DNA of 64,000 nucleotides from a virus (Duplodnaviria > Caudoviricetes), in IMG/VR virus record IMGVR_UViG_3300031519_000015, positions 9,208-73,207 of that record; one strand, written 5' to 3'. The translations under genes were made by a program, and so were the position numbers. The notes under the pieces were generated by a model. The model was not told where the DNA came from, did no database searches, and was given only the letters and a program-made list of their open reading frames with translations. How positions within the stretch are numbered: the stretch's first letter is position 1; the number at the start of each line of letters is the position of its first letter. Below, in pieces: positions 1 through 14,300 of this stretch.

Positions 1-2310
1 GAAACCAGTTTAGACAAAGAAATCAGAGACTTAGCAGCAAACCTTAAACCTCTAGCAGATAGTATGGTTGCTTCCGCTCAGGGTGATTTAGAAGTTGGTA
101 AGGCTATAGAAGACGGCGCTAGAAAACTTATGAAGGCTGGAGAAGTATTAGAGAGTGCTGGTAAAGCTTTGGGAGGTAGTGATGTTGGCGAGACAGCTGA
201 AGGTGGCGCTGGAGCAGGAGTCAAGTCAGCCACGGTTAAAGCACAAACAGCAAATATTAATGTTCAAAAAGTTAATTCTGGTGGCACGGGCGATTCCGGT
301 AGTGGTGGGGGTATAGCTGGATCAGTTTCTAGCATGGTAAAAAGAAGTCCTGCAACTGCTTTCCAAGCTGGTAAAATGGGATTACAAGCTGGCATACCGG
401 CGGCTACGAAGTTAAAAGCAGGATATGACATGTCTAAGATGGGCATGTCTACTAAAAACATGTCAGGTCTTACTAAGGCAGGCGGCATGTTCCAGCAGGG
501 TGGTAGCCAAGCTCAAAAATTTGGATCTAAAGTCGCTGACTTTGGTGGTGACGTTGCATCAACCGTTAAAACTAAGGCTGGTAACTTTGGCAAAGTAGCT
601 AAAATACAAGGTCAAAGGGCTGGCTTAAGAGCAGCTGACATGGCTAGCGATGCCAAAGCTGGATTTAATACTGGTGGTAAACTTAGCTACTTTGATCGTT
701 CAATGATGAGTGCGGATGATATTGCAGCGGCTGATAATGCCACATCAAATATTGGTGGTAAAATGGGATCAAGAGCAAAAGACGCTTTGGGTCGTGGTAA
801 AGATTTCGCTACTAGAGCTGCTGATAAAGTTATGGGAGCAAAAAATGCTGACAAGCTAGCATCTCGTACCAAGGGGCTGGTTGATTCAGCCAAAAACATG
901 GCTGGAAGAGCAGGAAACAGCAAAATTGTACAAGGTGGTAAAGATTTATTATCTAATGCTTATAAAGGCGGCAAAGGTTTTGTTGGAAATGTATCTCAAG
1001 GTATGAAGTATGCTAAGGTTGCTAATCAAATGGGTCCAATGGGACCAACAGACGAGTTAGCAAGAGCTGGCGTACAAAAAACAGTTGGTGGCAGGATGGG
1101 AGCAGGCGCTAAGAAGCTGATGACGAAGGGAACAGACCTAGCAACCAAATACGCTCCGGGTCTTTCAAAGGGAGTTGGTGCGGGAGGTAAGCTTCTTAGT
1201 AAAGCGCTTGGACCCGGAATGGCTGTAGCAGACTTGGCAATAGGTGCATATAAAGGAGCTACATCTGACTCTAATGTTAGAGCTGCTAAAGACGAAGAAG
1301 GCAATGTAGTTGGTCCGGGCTTGATTGCTGACAGAGCATTAGACGAGCAAAGTTCTCTTTATAAAGGAACTGCTGGAATGTTAACTGGTAGCGCTACAGT
1401 TGGTGGTTCTATTACAGGTAGTATGCTTGGTGTTCAAGAGGGTGGTACTGCTGACCAAGTAATGGCTGGTTACGAGTCGATGGGTAGAGGAGCAGCCATT
1501 GGCGCAAGTATAGGATCTTTCGTTCCGGGCGTTGGAACAGCTGTAGGAGCTGGCGTTGGAGCAATTGTTGGTGGTGGGGCAGAATTAGTGAAGAGTGGTG
1601 GTCAGCTGATGGAAGAAAGAAAAGTAGCATCTGAATCAGCTAAAAAGACAGAAAGTATGAGGACAGCCAGTGTAGATGATTCTGGACTAGACGTATTAGA
1701 AAGAAACAAGGCAAAGGAGCAGGCCAGATTACAAGATGAAATGGCTATGGCTCAATCCTCTGGAAACACTCAAGAACAAGAAAAAATACAGTCTAGACTT
1801 GCAGAAGATGAACAATCAAGAAGAAGTAAAAGAAAAGAAAATAGAAGTTACTTCTCTGCGTTTACTGATTCTATTGGCGCAACTGACACAACAGCTGACA
1901 GCGAAGAATACAAACAATATCAAAAAAGTCAACGTACAGCTGGCGCTAGTCCAGCAGCTGCTGGAGCCGTCCCATCTCAAAAGAATGTAGCGGCTACTGG
2001 TCAAGTCGCTCAGGCTGGAGCAGGAGGGGTTGGACTTGATCCAGAATTATTAAATAAATTCTCCGCATCTCTAGAGAAGTTTAATACTGATTTATCTGCT
2101 AATATAGATAGATTAGAAAATACTAAATTAGAAATTAAATTAGCTGATACAAATGTTAGTGTAAATATTAATGACGGTGGAGTACTTCAGAAACTTACAC
2201 AGTTGATGGGTGACGTTGTGAGTCAGAAGATTGAAGAGAAATTAGCTGAAACTAGACAAAACCCAGATGGTAGTAATGCTGCACCATCTTCTAGCCAGTT
2301 GTCAAACTAG
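1..2310 (+). CDS. Tail tape-measure-like protein, C-terminal part (5' end outside the window)
   Basis: Frame 1 is open from base 1 (ETSLDKEIRDLAANLKPLADSMV...). Ala/Gly/Lys-rich low-complexity sequence with Gly-zipper segments (GAAIGASIGSFVPGVGTAVGAGVGAIVGGG) and a coiled-coil C-terminus. First gene of the structural block. Confidence 0.6.
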   Translation, partial: ETSLDKEIRDLAANLKPLADSMVASAQGDLEVGKAIEDGARKLMKAGEVLESAGKALGGSDVGETAEGGAGAGVKSATVKAQTANINVQKVNSGGTGDSGSGGGIAGSVSSMVKRSPATAFQAGKMGLQAGIPAATKLKAGYDMSKMGMSTKNMSGLTKAGGMFQQGGSQAQKFGSKVADFGGDVASTVKTKAGNFGKVAKIQGQRAGLRAADMASDAKAGFNTGGKLSYFDRSMMSADDIAAADNATSNIGGKMGSRAKDALGRGKDFATRAADKVMGAKNADKLASRTKGLVDSAKNMAGRAGNSKIVQGGKDLLSNAYKGGKGFVGNVSQGMKYAKVANQMGPMGPTDELARAGVQKTVGGRMGAGAKKLMTKGTDLATKYAPGLSKGVGAGGKLLSKALGPGMAVADLAIGAYKGATSDSNVRAAKDEEGNVVGPGLIADRALDEQSSLYKGTAGMLTGSATVGGSITGSMLGVQEGGTADQVMAGYESMGRGAAIGASIGSFVPGVGTAVGAGVGAIVGGGAELVKSGGQLMEERKVASESAKKTESMRTASVDDSGLDVLERNKAKEQARLQDEMAMAQSSGNTQEQEKIQSRLAEDEQSRRSKRKENRSYFSAFTDSIGATDTTADSEEYKQYQKSQRTAGASPAAAGAVPSQKNVAATGQVAQAGAGGVGLDPELLNKFSASLEKFNTDLSANIDRLENTKLEIKLADTNVSVNINDGGVLQKLTQLMGDVVSQKIEEKLAETRQNPDGSNAAPSSSQLSN

Positions 2311-2319
2311 GAAAATAAA

Positions 2320-5300
2320 ATGGAATGTTCAGTCAGTACTCAAAGGTCAAGCCCTAAAGCTATTAGTAAAATAAGAGCTGGCGCACCTATAGCTAACATA
2401 ACAACCAGCGATTCTTTTTACGCCACTCAAGAAGCTTTAGCTTCTAATGCTACCGTTTTCAGAAAGGTTGATGGGAAATTTAAATCCTCTAGTTCAGTTA
2501 GAGGAACTATTTCTGTAATTGTAAATATAGGTATTGATACTGATATTGACATTATATCTTCTGTGATTGCTGGCGCTTTTGGTTCTACAGATACGACATT
2601 AATAGAACAAATATTGAATCAATTTATATCTGATGGTAAAGCTGATGGTACTATTACAGATGATATGTCTGACTCTGAAATTACTAAATTATTTTTAGAC
2701 TATTTAGAGTCCAGCGGTTTCTCTAACTCTACAGATTCTACAAAAGAACGGTTAAGTGGCTCTGGTTCTATAAGATTTATAGATGTAGAAGACGTAGAAG
2801 TATCACTTACATCACCAACAATAAACAAAATATATATTAAAGCAAGGACTCCTCGCGTAGATCCATATTTTAATGCTTCCGATGAAGATGGAACTTCTTA
2901 TGGTGGCGCTTTAAGCAGGAAAGAAAAAAATGGTAAAATTGTTGCCAAGGCCAAGGGTGGAGTTATCTCTTGTAGATCTAGAGTTGCTGGCAAGTCTAAG
3001 TTTACTAACACCTATGTAGATAAAATTGGCGGTCACGTTAAACAAATTAACAGACTGAGAGATTTCTCAGCAACTCAAAAATTTTATCCTATCAAAGATA
3101 TAAACATAGAAAAGAATAATGTTTCCTTTGTAAACAAAGCTCTTGACCCCAGCGGTTTATACAGAAGTGTAGACGAAGGATTATTTACTGGTAACTATAC
3201 TAAGTCATTTAAAGTCAGTTCACGTATCTCTGACGAGTTTGGAAGTTTTATTCAACCCTCATCTGTATACTCAGAAGGTAATTTTAACTACGAATGTGAA
3301 TTAACTCCTCCTAGAATTAAGCCAATCGAAAACTTCTTGTTTATTCGTGCAGCAGCTCCAATGTCAGTATTAGAGTCTGATATACCACCAGAGTATAGAA
3401 TACATAACATTAGGTGGACAGACCCATCTGGTAATATAATATCTACTTATAAAGACATTAAGGTTAGAGGTGATAGTAAATTTAGTACTGAGGATGAGAA
3501 TTATAATTTTGCTACATATGTAACAGAGCCTATTATAAATAACGCTAAGAGACCTAACTGGGATACGTATGAAAAACTTCCTATATTAACAGAGGCTAGT
3601 GGCTATAAGCTTAATATGGATTTTGAGGTAACGTGTTTTCACAAACCATTTTCTCCAGAGTTTAATAAAGGTTATGAAGAGGGGTGCAGTTTAGATTTTG
3701 TAATAACTGGTGATAATGATTATATTGGGTTGGATGGATCTCCGCTATCCACTCAAACTCAGGGTTTTGATTTTACTCCTAATAATTCTATTAGAATATC
3801 AAACATTGAAATTGCTGCTAGTGGATCTAAAGGTCCATTTGTAGAGAATTACATACCTCTTTACAATCTGCCTCCAACAGAAAGTTTAAGAACCACAAGA
3901 AAGATTTATCCTACAGAAATATTATTGCAAGACTATACCACCCGTGTGCATCCAGAAGTACAAACTTTATGGAGATCTTCACCAGACAGGGGCGTTTATT
4001 CATTTAACAATACAGTTAATGACAAGGCTGGTATGAAAAAAGCTTTGATAGACTTCCAATCAGAAAGGTATATAGAATTAATATCAACTAGTCCAATCTC
4101 TGATTCTGGTAAATTAAAAGTTAAATTTGAACATCAACCTCCAGTTTCTGTAAAACAACCGACAAATGGAGAGTGGGGCTTGGGAGGCAAGAATAAGTAT
4201 AGTAGACTTAATAGTGCTAAGGTTGAATTAGTGTCGGGGCCAGACGAGTTTTTCCAAGTAGACTCAATTGAACTACACGTTAGGGCTAAAAAAGCTGTTG
4301 GAAGTCGTGATTATGTTTTAGATGTTGTGGGCTTTACGGACGATGGTTTACTCAATGTTTCTTCTGCTGTTGGTGGATTTTTACAGAACAAAGATTCTGG
4401 AACTGGATCAATACCAATAACATCAGGATTCAAACAATCCAACTATCTGACTTCTTCAGCAGAAAGCGTTTCGTCTAGAGAAGGTTTCTTTGAAAAGACA
4501 ACTACTGCAAATGCGGGGGGCGATCATTATCTTCTTAGCACTGCTCCGGTGGTTAATTCTACTGAACTACAAGACTATGTAATACCTCTTAAAATTTATA
4601 GAAGTACAGACAAGTTTGGCTTACAAGAAGACTATTCTGGATCTAACAACTTTGAATCTTTAATACTTGATATATTTCCTTTACCTACAGGCGCTGTAAT
4701 AGCTAGAGTAGATTTAGAAGTAAAGTATATACCTTCTAATGCGATTACCATGCATACACTTGGTCATGGCTCTCAAGAAGTATCTAGAAGGTACGCATCT
4801 TTGCAGTTAAATAAAATGGGCAGTAATGACGACAGGCTAAATTCTATATGGACTGAAAAGCCTTTATCTCTCATAGAAAATATACCACATGCTTATACAG
4901 CTCCTGCTACACTTAAAACCAATTATGCTAGAAGGTGGAGAGGTGTTGACGGAGGTATAAAGTCTGGACCTTTCCAAGCAGATCAGTTTGACTTAGCATT
5001 TGAGAATCCACCTCTTTACTATCCATTCACCAAGGGTCACTATCTCTTTAACGATATACATATCAACCCAGCTTTTGATCCCGATAATAATATCAATACA
5101 ATATACTCTGACCAAAACCCAGAGATATCTAATACTGCCACTTATGTTGGTAATCTAACAGGTAATCTTGTCAAAAATATTGGCATGAGATTCCAGACTG
5201 ACAAGTTATTTGCAACGCAAGATAGAGACTATAGAACAATAGATTGGACCACTGCGGGTCATGAGCTGTATGGTCAAATTACAGACGGTTTTGATAACGC

Positions 5301-8300
5301 CATACGTGTTAATCAAGCTTCTAACAATATTAATTTTGGAGATATCAATACTAACAATGGATTCTCTGTGTTCGTTAGATTTTCTCCAGACATCTCTGTT
5401 AGCGGTGCTGATTACAACCTGTTTAATTCTGGGGTCTTGGTTTCTAAGTGGGATTCAGGTAAAGATCTTGAGTTTACGTTGGGGTATAAAGACGGCAAGC
5501 TTACTGGACACGCACGAGATAATACTGGTAATGTGGTAACAGTTCAAGATCCTCTTTCTTATACAAATTACTCCTACCCTCTTGCAGCTGTTCTTACTTA
5601 TAATGATCAACTGTCGGGTAAGCTAAGATTATACACAGATAATGAAATTGCTAGTGGAAACTTTAATGCGTTAAGAGCTTCCTCGTCTGCGTTCACAATA
5701 CATTCTAGTGATAGTGATTTAGTAGTTGGTAACTCATACGGCTCAGGTGTTGGCATGAGTGCGTTTATAACAGAGTTTGGCATAGCTGAAAGTAATCCTT
5801 CTGGAACTTTAATTGTTCCATCAAAAGCTAATATTACTAGACAAGAAAGTAACATAGATAGATTTTTTGATTCGTTTAGATCTAAATTCTGGAACGTTGG
5901 AGAAACATATAAAGATGAACGATTTAAGATTTGGGACTTTATAAATGAAGAAGCTAGCCAGTGGCATATCGGAGGATTTAAGTTCTGTGAATTTGGTGCG
6001 TCTTTTGACACAATGACCAATAGGATTGGTCAAGACTTAATAATTCATGACCATCAAACTAGCGGTGAAACTTATGGCACAATATGCGACACCCCCTTGC
6101 CTAATAATGTTTTGGCTTCTGGTCTTTCTTATCACACTCAAATAGAAAATGATTTCTTAAGAATACATTTAGATGATGTAAGAAGTAAATTTATTGCAGC
6201 CGCTCCAAGACTTGTTAAAACTTTTCCAAGAAGTTATGATCCTGCTACAGAAGCTATTGCGGTTGACACAATTGTAGAACATGACACTACTGGTGACATA
6301 CAGTGGCCTGATGGTAATGTTGGTCCTAAGATTATAGTTAGTCTTTACACTAAGAGAAAAGAAACTGACCTTTTTGACACAACAAACTGGGGTTTAATTA
6401 ATCGAGATTATCATTACGTTGGACCTGAAGACTGTTGGCAGAAACTTACTAGTAAATTTACTGTAGGAAATATAACTGATAAAACTACAGAACCTTGGTC
6501 AAATTTCAACCGTGACCAGTTAATAAAAGAAACAGATCATTATCTATACTCAAATGATATTAATGATATGTTCTTGCAGTATGATTTAGCTTATCCTTCT
6601 GGTGATTTTAGGTCTCAGGTTAGAATGCATTCGGCTGAAGTTAGGCTTGAAGATGCGTTACATCTTAAAGATGTTTTATATATAGATGATTTTACTCTTT
6701 ACGCTAGTGGAGAACCTAAAGCTTTTGAGAATATGAATTTGTTCTGTCAGGAACCAATTTATTATAACACGCCAGAAATGAACATATTTGCTTCTGGAGG
6801 ACTAATGCCACATATTAGTGGGGGCATGAACTTCTACAGCTCTGGTATTGGTCTTTTGTCTGTTGGACCTATGAGCCTCTTTACAACAACTCCTGTTGGT
6901 ATTGTTTCGTCATTACACGAACAGCCGGGAATGATTTTGCATACAAATGGTATCGAAGACTTCTTCAGTAATAATGGTGGAAACTTTGGATCTCTTGGTT
7001 TGGAATATCAAGATAATAAAACCAACGACGTTATGTTTGGTGCTGTTGGTGATCTCGGTAGGTCTTCGACGATTATGGCAATGTATGCTCAAAATGATGA
7101 TTTATTTAACGGTCCACACTCTTTGGCTCAGGCTCCTTTGTTTGTTAGAGCTATGGATGAAAATGGGAAAGATCACAACAATATTAATTTACAATTTAAT
7201 TTATACACAGAAGGTTCATCTGCATACTTTTATAGAGATGAAATAAAAGGGATAACAAAGAAGGGGTTGTATCAACAACTTAACTTTATTGTTAAAACAG
7301 ACGATATAGAACAGACATCTTCTGGCAATATGAATTTTTATGTTAATAGTTTTGATCCAACTATATTCCATGCTAACGGATCTATGCCACTTCATACTGT
7401 AAATGTAAATCCAATTAATGATTCTCAAAATTATCTAACATCCTTCTACTGGAATGGTTCTAATGTTGGTAGTGCAATTGATATTAGAGATAATTACAGG
7501 TTGGAATATGATGCTAATGATGAAATACGTGGCGTTGTAACTATGTGCTATGGAGATTGTGACAATAACGGAAACTGCATAGAGCAACAACTATATACGC
7601 ACGACACTCTGTGGCTAGATACGCAATGTATACCGGGAGGTGTAATTAGACCTATAAATGTATACAATAATAGTGAGACTATTGGCTACAACACCATAGA
7701 AACAGGATACAGGAATAATTATTATGGTGTTAGAAAATTCACAAATTTGATACCGGGACAACCTTACGACATTACGATTTCCGCACAGTCTGCTGAAGAA
7801 GGAATACTGGAAGTTCCTAGAGAAATTAATGAGATGGCCTATGGATCAACCGATGAAGTAGATTACAGCGGAATTAAATTGGTTGCTCCAAATGGCAAAC
7901 GTAATATCTTTGATGAGTTTGCGTACTCAGTAGATATCGCAGGTGATTTGATGGCTGTTGGCGTTCCTCATTTTGACCTAGAAGACAATGGAGAACCAAT
8001 ACCAAACGCTGGTTCAGTTTTTGTATACAGAAGGAATCCAGCACCAAGTGGTTATGATTGGTCCACTCAAGATGATAGAGCCGGATGGTCTTTTGAATCT
8101 CAGTTAGCAATGCCTAGTGGTTTCAGACTTGATAGGTATAAAACCCAAGTCGTAGATATCTCAGAGGGCAAAAAGGTTATTGGTCAAGCTAATCAAAGAC
8201 AGTGGATAAATGGTCAGAAAGGTAGAGAGCTTGGACACTCCGTTGCAGTATCTTCTCACAATGGTAGAGAAGTTATTATTGCTGGAGGTCCGGGTGGTGT

Positions 8301-11300
8301 TTGGCAAAGAAACTTTGCAGGTTTAGATCCTGACCCAGTAAGAGTAATACTATTTGTATTTACTGACGAGTTTATTCCTACTATACCTTGGCCTCGAAGT
8401 GCAAGCCGACCAACAAGTATAGACTACAGAGAAATACTGAAATATATCACAGAAAGAGATACATACTTTAGATATTATTGTGATCCAGCTGTTAAATTTG
8501 ATGTTCAAATTGTAATATGTGAGGGAATATTGGGTACATCTTCAGAAGCATCTCCTAATTTTGAAGATGACACAGTAACACCCCCAGACTTCATACATAA
8601 GCGTCAGATACATAGAATGGGCGTGTTTAATAATGTAGAAGACTTTAGACAACAGCAAGATTTAATAGTTTCTGAACTTAAAACTATATACCAAGACTTA
8701 TTCCCAAGAAATGATTCTATAGTAAATAATGGAATGCCTCCAATACTTGGTTTTTATGTAGATGACAGTCTATCTTATGGTACTAGGGCTTTAGGCTCTT
8801 CTTTGCCAGATAGAATTGAAGGTGGAGTTTTAGAGAGTTTCCAAAATTGGCTTTCTGATTACACATATGAAAATGGTTTAACGGATTATACTGGAGCTGC
8901 CGCAAGACCATTCTTCTACAAGAAAGTGGCTCGTGATGAAGGTTGGGTATCGCAGGCAGCTTCTATTTTAAATTCAGCGTTAGATAGAGATAACCTATTC
9001 GACGGTGGAGCAGTAAGATTATTTGCCAACAACTTAGGCACGTTTACAGAGGGCTTATCTGAGTTCAATATAAACGCACCTAGTGGTGGAGCTGCTTACA
9101 TTTTTGAAAATTTAGACTACGGATGGGAACTAACTCAAGAGATATTATCACCAACTACTAACAATAATCAATACATTGATAGATATGCCCACGACGTAGC
9201 AATTAGCAAACATGGCAACGCAATAGTTATAGGTTCACCCTTTATAGATGAAGCTGTTCAGATTTACGAGCATAATCCTGATTCTTCATTTTACTTCAGT
9301 CTTATTAGCTGGTTAAGAAATTATGGTCCACAGGATACTTCTTATGGAGAAATATATCAAGCTGCTAGAAGTCTTAATAATAATTTAAAAGGATCTATTA
9401 CTAGTAGTCAACAGCTGTCTGTAGCTAAAGACATATTCTATAATTCGTTAAGTCCTAGTGGAAGATTTGAATTTAGATTGTATCGGAATGAACACGACGG
9501 TGCGGACTATAGAATTAGAAAAACTTATAAATATAGCGACCTTGGTGCTGGGCATAGCTGGGATTGGTTGGCTAAAGACCACATGCCTTCTTCTAGAATG
9601 GGATATAGCGTCGATGTCAATTCAGACGGAACAACCGTTGTCGTGGGCTGTCCGACTGATAGTTTAGGCGCAAGAGATGCAAGTATATTTTGGTACAAGC
9701 CCGGTGTTGGTTGGAGTACCGATACTGCTCAGTGGTTCTCTAATGTAAATGCCGGTTCAATTAGAATATTAGAAGGTAGAAAATATTATCCTCATGATAC
9801 TGTTATGCAGTATGGAGTATTCGGCAATCTAAACAGGACGCTAGCTGGGGCTGATCAAGACACTCCACTGTATAATCATTATCACAATGCTTTTACTAGT
9901 AGGAATATTAAATACATAGAATCTGAATTTACTGATCCAGAAATTCCAGAAAATGTTGGAACTTTAATGATTATTACGCCAGAGGTTGACTCTCTGAGTG
10001 AAGAAGTTGTGAAAAATATTAAAGATTGGCTTGCTCTTGGCGATAGAAATTTAGTATTAGTGGGCGATGATCCTTTCTACGAAACCGACGAGAAGGGCAA
10101 TCAAGGAGCTTATGCTAGATCAAATGATATTTTAAATAGATTACTAAGTAATTTAGATTCTAGGATGAGAATAGAAAAAGCAGCTACCCGCTATGAATCA
10201 ATGGTTGATCAGGACACTGGTTTGTATCTAAATGTTCAACCTTCTTATGTTCCTCAAGTGGGCAAAGAAGCACCAAGACCAATGCGTTCGTTTATTACTG
10301 GCACTAACATAAGAGGCTCTGGAGTTGGTGATATTAGATTTTATGATGAAGGAATATCTGATAGTTACCAGTGTCAGAAAGCACCAGAGTATAGCATACT
10401 GCAAGGTCTGGACCAATTGCCTTTCCAAGAAAAGAAAGGCTATGAATCTGTTAACTATAAGTGTGAACTGCCTATTAAACACAAGGGCGACTTAAGAGCT
10501 TCTTGGTGGGATGAGTGTGAAAAGGAGACACCAAGGGGAATTATACTTGTTCCGTATCAAATAAACCTTGCCTTCCAATACGGCAGTCATCAAATTCAAG
10601 ATTGGGGATGCGATGTAGAAGCTAAATCTAGAACAGATAGGTTGACAGAAGGAATGGAACCAGTTCCTATTTTAGCCGCTGCTGAAAGATTAAATAAAGT
10701 ACAATTTAATGAAGGAAGTCCAGAGGAAATTTATGAAGAACGATATGTCTCTGGTCAAGAGTTTGTACCTAGAAATACAAAGCAGTTTACTAGTAATGTT
10801 AATTCTACAACACCACACTTTTATTGGACTGCTGAAAGTGGTAATTTTTCATCTATAAATTACAATTATTATAATGTTCAAAGATCTAGAAGTAAATTCT
10901 TAGAAGTCGGCAATCCTATACTGGAAGAAAATAACAAGACAGCTATAGCTATGGCTAAGTCTGAAATACTAGAATCAAGCAATGAAGTAATTGAACCTAT
11001 AACGGATAGTTTCCCTGTAGCCGCTAGAGAAGCGTATGGTCCATCAGAAGTACATTTGATATCTATGCTTAAAACAGAATCTGTAAGCATACTGAACTGG
11101 AGTGACGACGCTAATGGTAAGTTCTATATGAATTTGACAGATAAAGCGACTGCTGGACAGCTAGGTGGTGGAGCAAGAATTATTCAACTTGGAGGCTTTA
11201 CTGGTAATGACAGTTTCCGTCAAGCATACCCACGGGTTGAATCTGGCGAAGGATCTAGCTTACGTCAATTTTTTGAAAATCTTGGTAATTTTGTAACAGA

Positions 11301-14300
11301 AAATTTTGATCCGTTAAATATTAATGATCCCGGCGTTAACGCTGACGTTGCTTGGATTGCTAATCCAAGAGGAAGACCATCTAACCAAGAAATAGTAGAG
11401 CTAAAGAAATGGCTTAATGATAATCCAAATTCAAAACTTGTAATTACTTTTGGTGATGATTCTCACACTGGTCTCAAATTTGAAGAGAGGCCGGGTTTAG
11501 TACAATTAATTAGAAATGCAGAATATTTATGCGAAGAGCTTGGTCTTTCTATGAAGCCATATTTCATATCACAAAAATCTAAGTATGCCACACTCGACGA
11601 TACTAGTAATAATGTGTCGATAAATAGGGCTGGCTATCTAAGCATTTATCTTAGAGGAAGCGGAAACTCTGATCTTGTGTTTGGGGAAAGAGGAAGTGCC
11701 TCACAGATTGAAAATGATGATAACTACTACAATGCGATTACCGTATCACCAGCAGAAAGGTCTAAGTTTGAATTTATAGCCATTGAACCTAACAATGCCA
11801 ATACAACACTTTATATAGATGCTAATATCATGGGAACTAGATCGTTCCCCGTTGGCACTAGTATAATTAGAAGTGGACAGATAAAGGCTACGTTTAACGT
11901 AGAGCCAAATAAATACTATAGAATGTTTTTTGAAGAAGTGAGTAATTTTCCTTCTGAAAGAGGGTCGCTAAAATACACCATAACTAATTGTGACGTTAGT
12001 AGTCTGTTTAAGCAAACCAATGGAAAACCGGGACAGAACGCTAGGGGTAATCCACAAGGTGATATCTTAGATTATCAAGCGCAGTGGCCCATGTACGAAC
12101 TGAACGATAATCAGCCAAAACCATACTATGAAAAACAAGAAGATGTTAAGATAGGTTATCAAGTTGACGGAGTTCGTGGTGGGGTTGTGCTGCCACCAAA
12201 AAACCAAAGTTCCGTTGATGACAAGAGATATTGGCTTGAAGGTATAGGAGGTATGGTTATTGGACAATCAAGGATTGTTAGAAGGTCTGTGATTCTTACA
12301 ATACCTGAAGGTGTTACAGAAATAGACCTTTTTGTTTCTGCCGATAATTTTATTCCAGAAAGGGAGAATCCAATCGACTTCGATAGTTGGAGGTTAGTTG
12401 GCGTATCTGGTATTGAAATTGAACCACCGTTTGATGTGTTTGGAGGATTTTTTCGACCTGTTTATTCTACAAGAGAAGTTATTACACCAGCAATACCTCC
12501 TTCTACAAGAGAATACACAGTAGACAGAGAGATAAGTAATCCAAGTCATAAGTATTGCCCAAGTGATGATTGTATAGAATCTTTCACACCACCAGACGGT
12601 GGAGATGATATAGCTGATGGACCCGTTGTTGCTGCTCAAGAACAATACTTTCAAGCTCCTTTTGAATATGGAGCTGAAAGATCCTGCATTACAGTTATAA
12701 CAGATGCTAGCATGATACAAGGTTTAACCGCCACGGTTGAAAATGATAGTCAAACTATTTCCCCCAAAGTAATTAACTTCATACGACAATTTTATAGATA
12801 TCCACCAGATATGGACTTTGACTTTACTGGGGAGGAAGCAGGATTAAGATATACATCTATTACAAAAGTTGTTTCACCAGAAAAGAGCAGTCCTGCTAGA
12901 TTATTAGCCTCTGAAGAAAATGAAGGTTTTAATAGTCTGTTTGGTGGATACAATCAAGGCAGAAAATCTGCAATTAGTTTTGGTAATGATGAGGTTCTAA
13001 GAAGAATAACTGAATTTCAGTGGATTATGCCTTCCGAACCATTAGAACACAAAGGAAGCGCCTTCGTTGAGAAGCGAGTTCCACCGCCCACAGACACCAG
13101 CGATGAAGCGCGAGAAGCAGCTAGAGACGCACAGCGTATTACATTCTCAGGAATTATGGCAAGTTACGGCTGCTATTCTAAGTTTAATGTAGAAGTAAAT
13201 GGAGAAAGATATTACGACACAGGGATGGGTCAATTACCACCTAATTTCATGCAAACTTTTGGTCATGACTTCTTAGACTTTGATCAAGTCAGTCACTTAA
13301 TATCTGGATACCCCGGAGACCTATTCGGATATAATGTAAAAATTGATGAAGACGATGTAATCTATGCTGGTTCTCCTTTTGCTGCATTTAGTGGGGAAAC
13401 AATTACACCTTGGAGTGAAGTTGTAGAAAATACTCCTAATGGACCACTCTACAATGCACAGCTTGGCTATTATGGTGGAGCTGGCGCTGTATATAAAATA
13501 GAAAAAACAATGGACGGAGTTGGGCCAAATGATACAATTACTCCTTGGACATCAACAGGTAAGGTTCAGCCCAATTCTTTAAGCGTTGGGAACAATTCGA
13601 CGAGAAGAAGTGACAGGTTTGGATCTGAAATTGTAATTGATGCAGACTTTATGGCTATATCTGCTCCAGATCATAGTGACGATTCTTTAATTATTAGAAA
13701 TTTTGGAGATTTTGTAAGGAAGGAATTTAATGATCAATTCTCTGTCGGAACTTTAGAGACCCATGACACTGGAGACTTATCTCTTAGTCAAGAAATTAGA
13801 AATAGTGGACAAGTAATAGAAAACGCTGGAGCAGTTTACACTTACGAAAGAAAGATAAAAGATTGGGGAACAAAACAACAAGATTGGGTTTTCTTGCAAA
13901 AAGTCATAGCACAAGGTTATAACTCTAGATATTCTCAGAATCATGAAACTGAAGCATTTGCACGTAGCATCGCAGTGTCAAGAACTAGAAGGTCAGATTC
14001 AGATTATGATCTAATCGTAGGCGCTCCTTTGCATCAATATGGCTCAGGTGTCGCGTCTCAACTTGCACCTTCTGGTGGAGCTTTGTATTCTTATGACGCG
14101 ATGATGAGAAGACCTAAACCCTCATTTGCTCACCCAGATACTAATGTTGAGGGCAGGATATATGGATTATTAGGAGACTCTATAGGACAAAACGAAAAAT
14201 ATGTTAATTTTGATTTTAGAAACAATAATGAGTTCGATAAAGTAACTTACGAAAAAGCTGTAGTTTACGCTAGTACTGATGGTGAAATATTTATAGAAGC

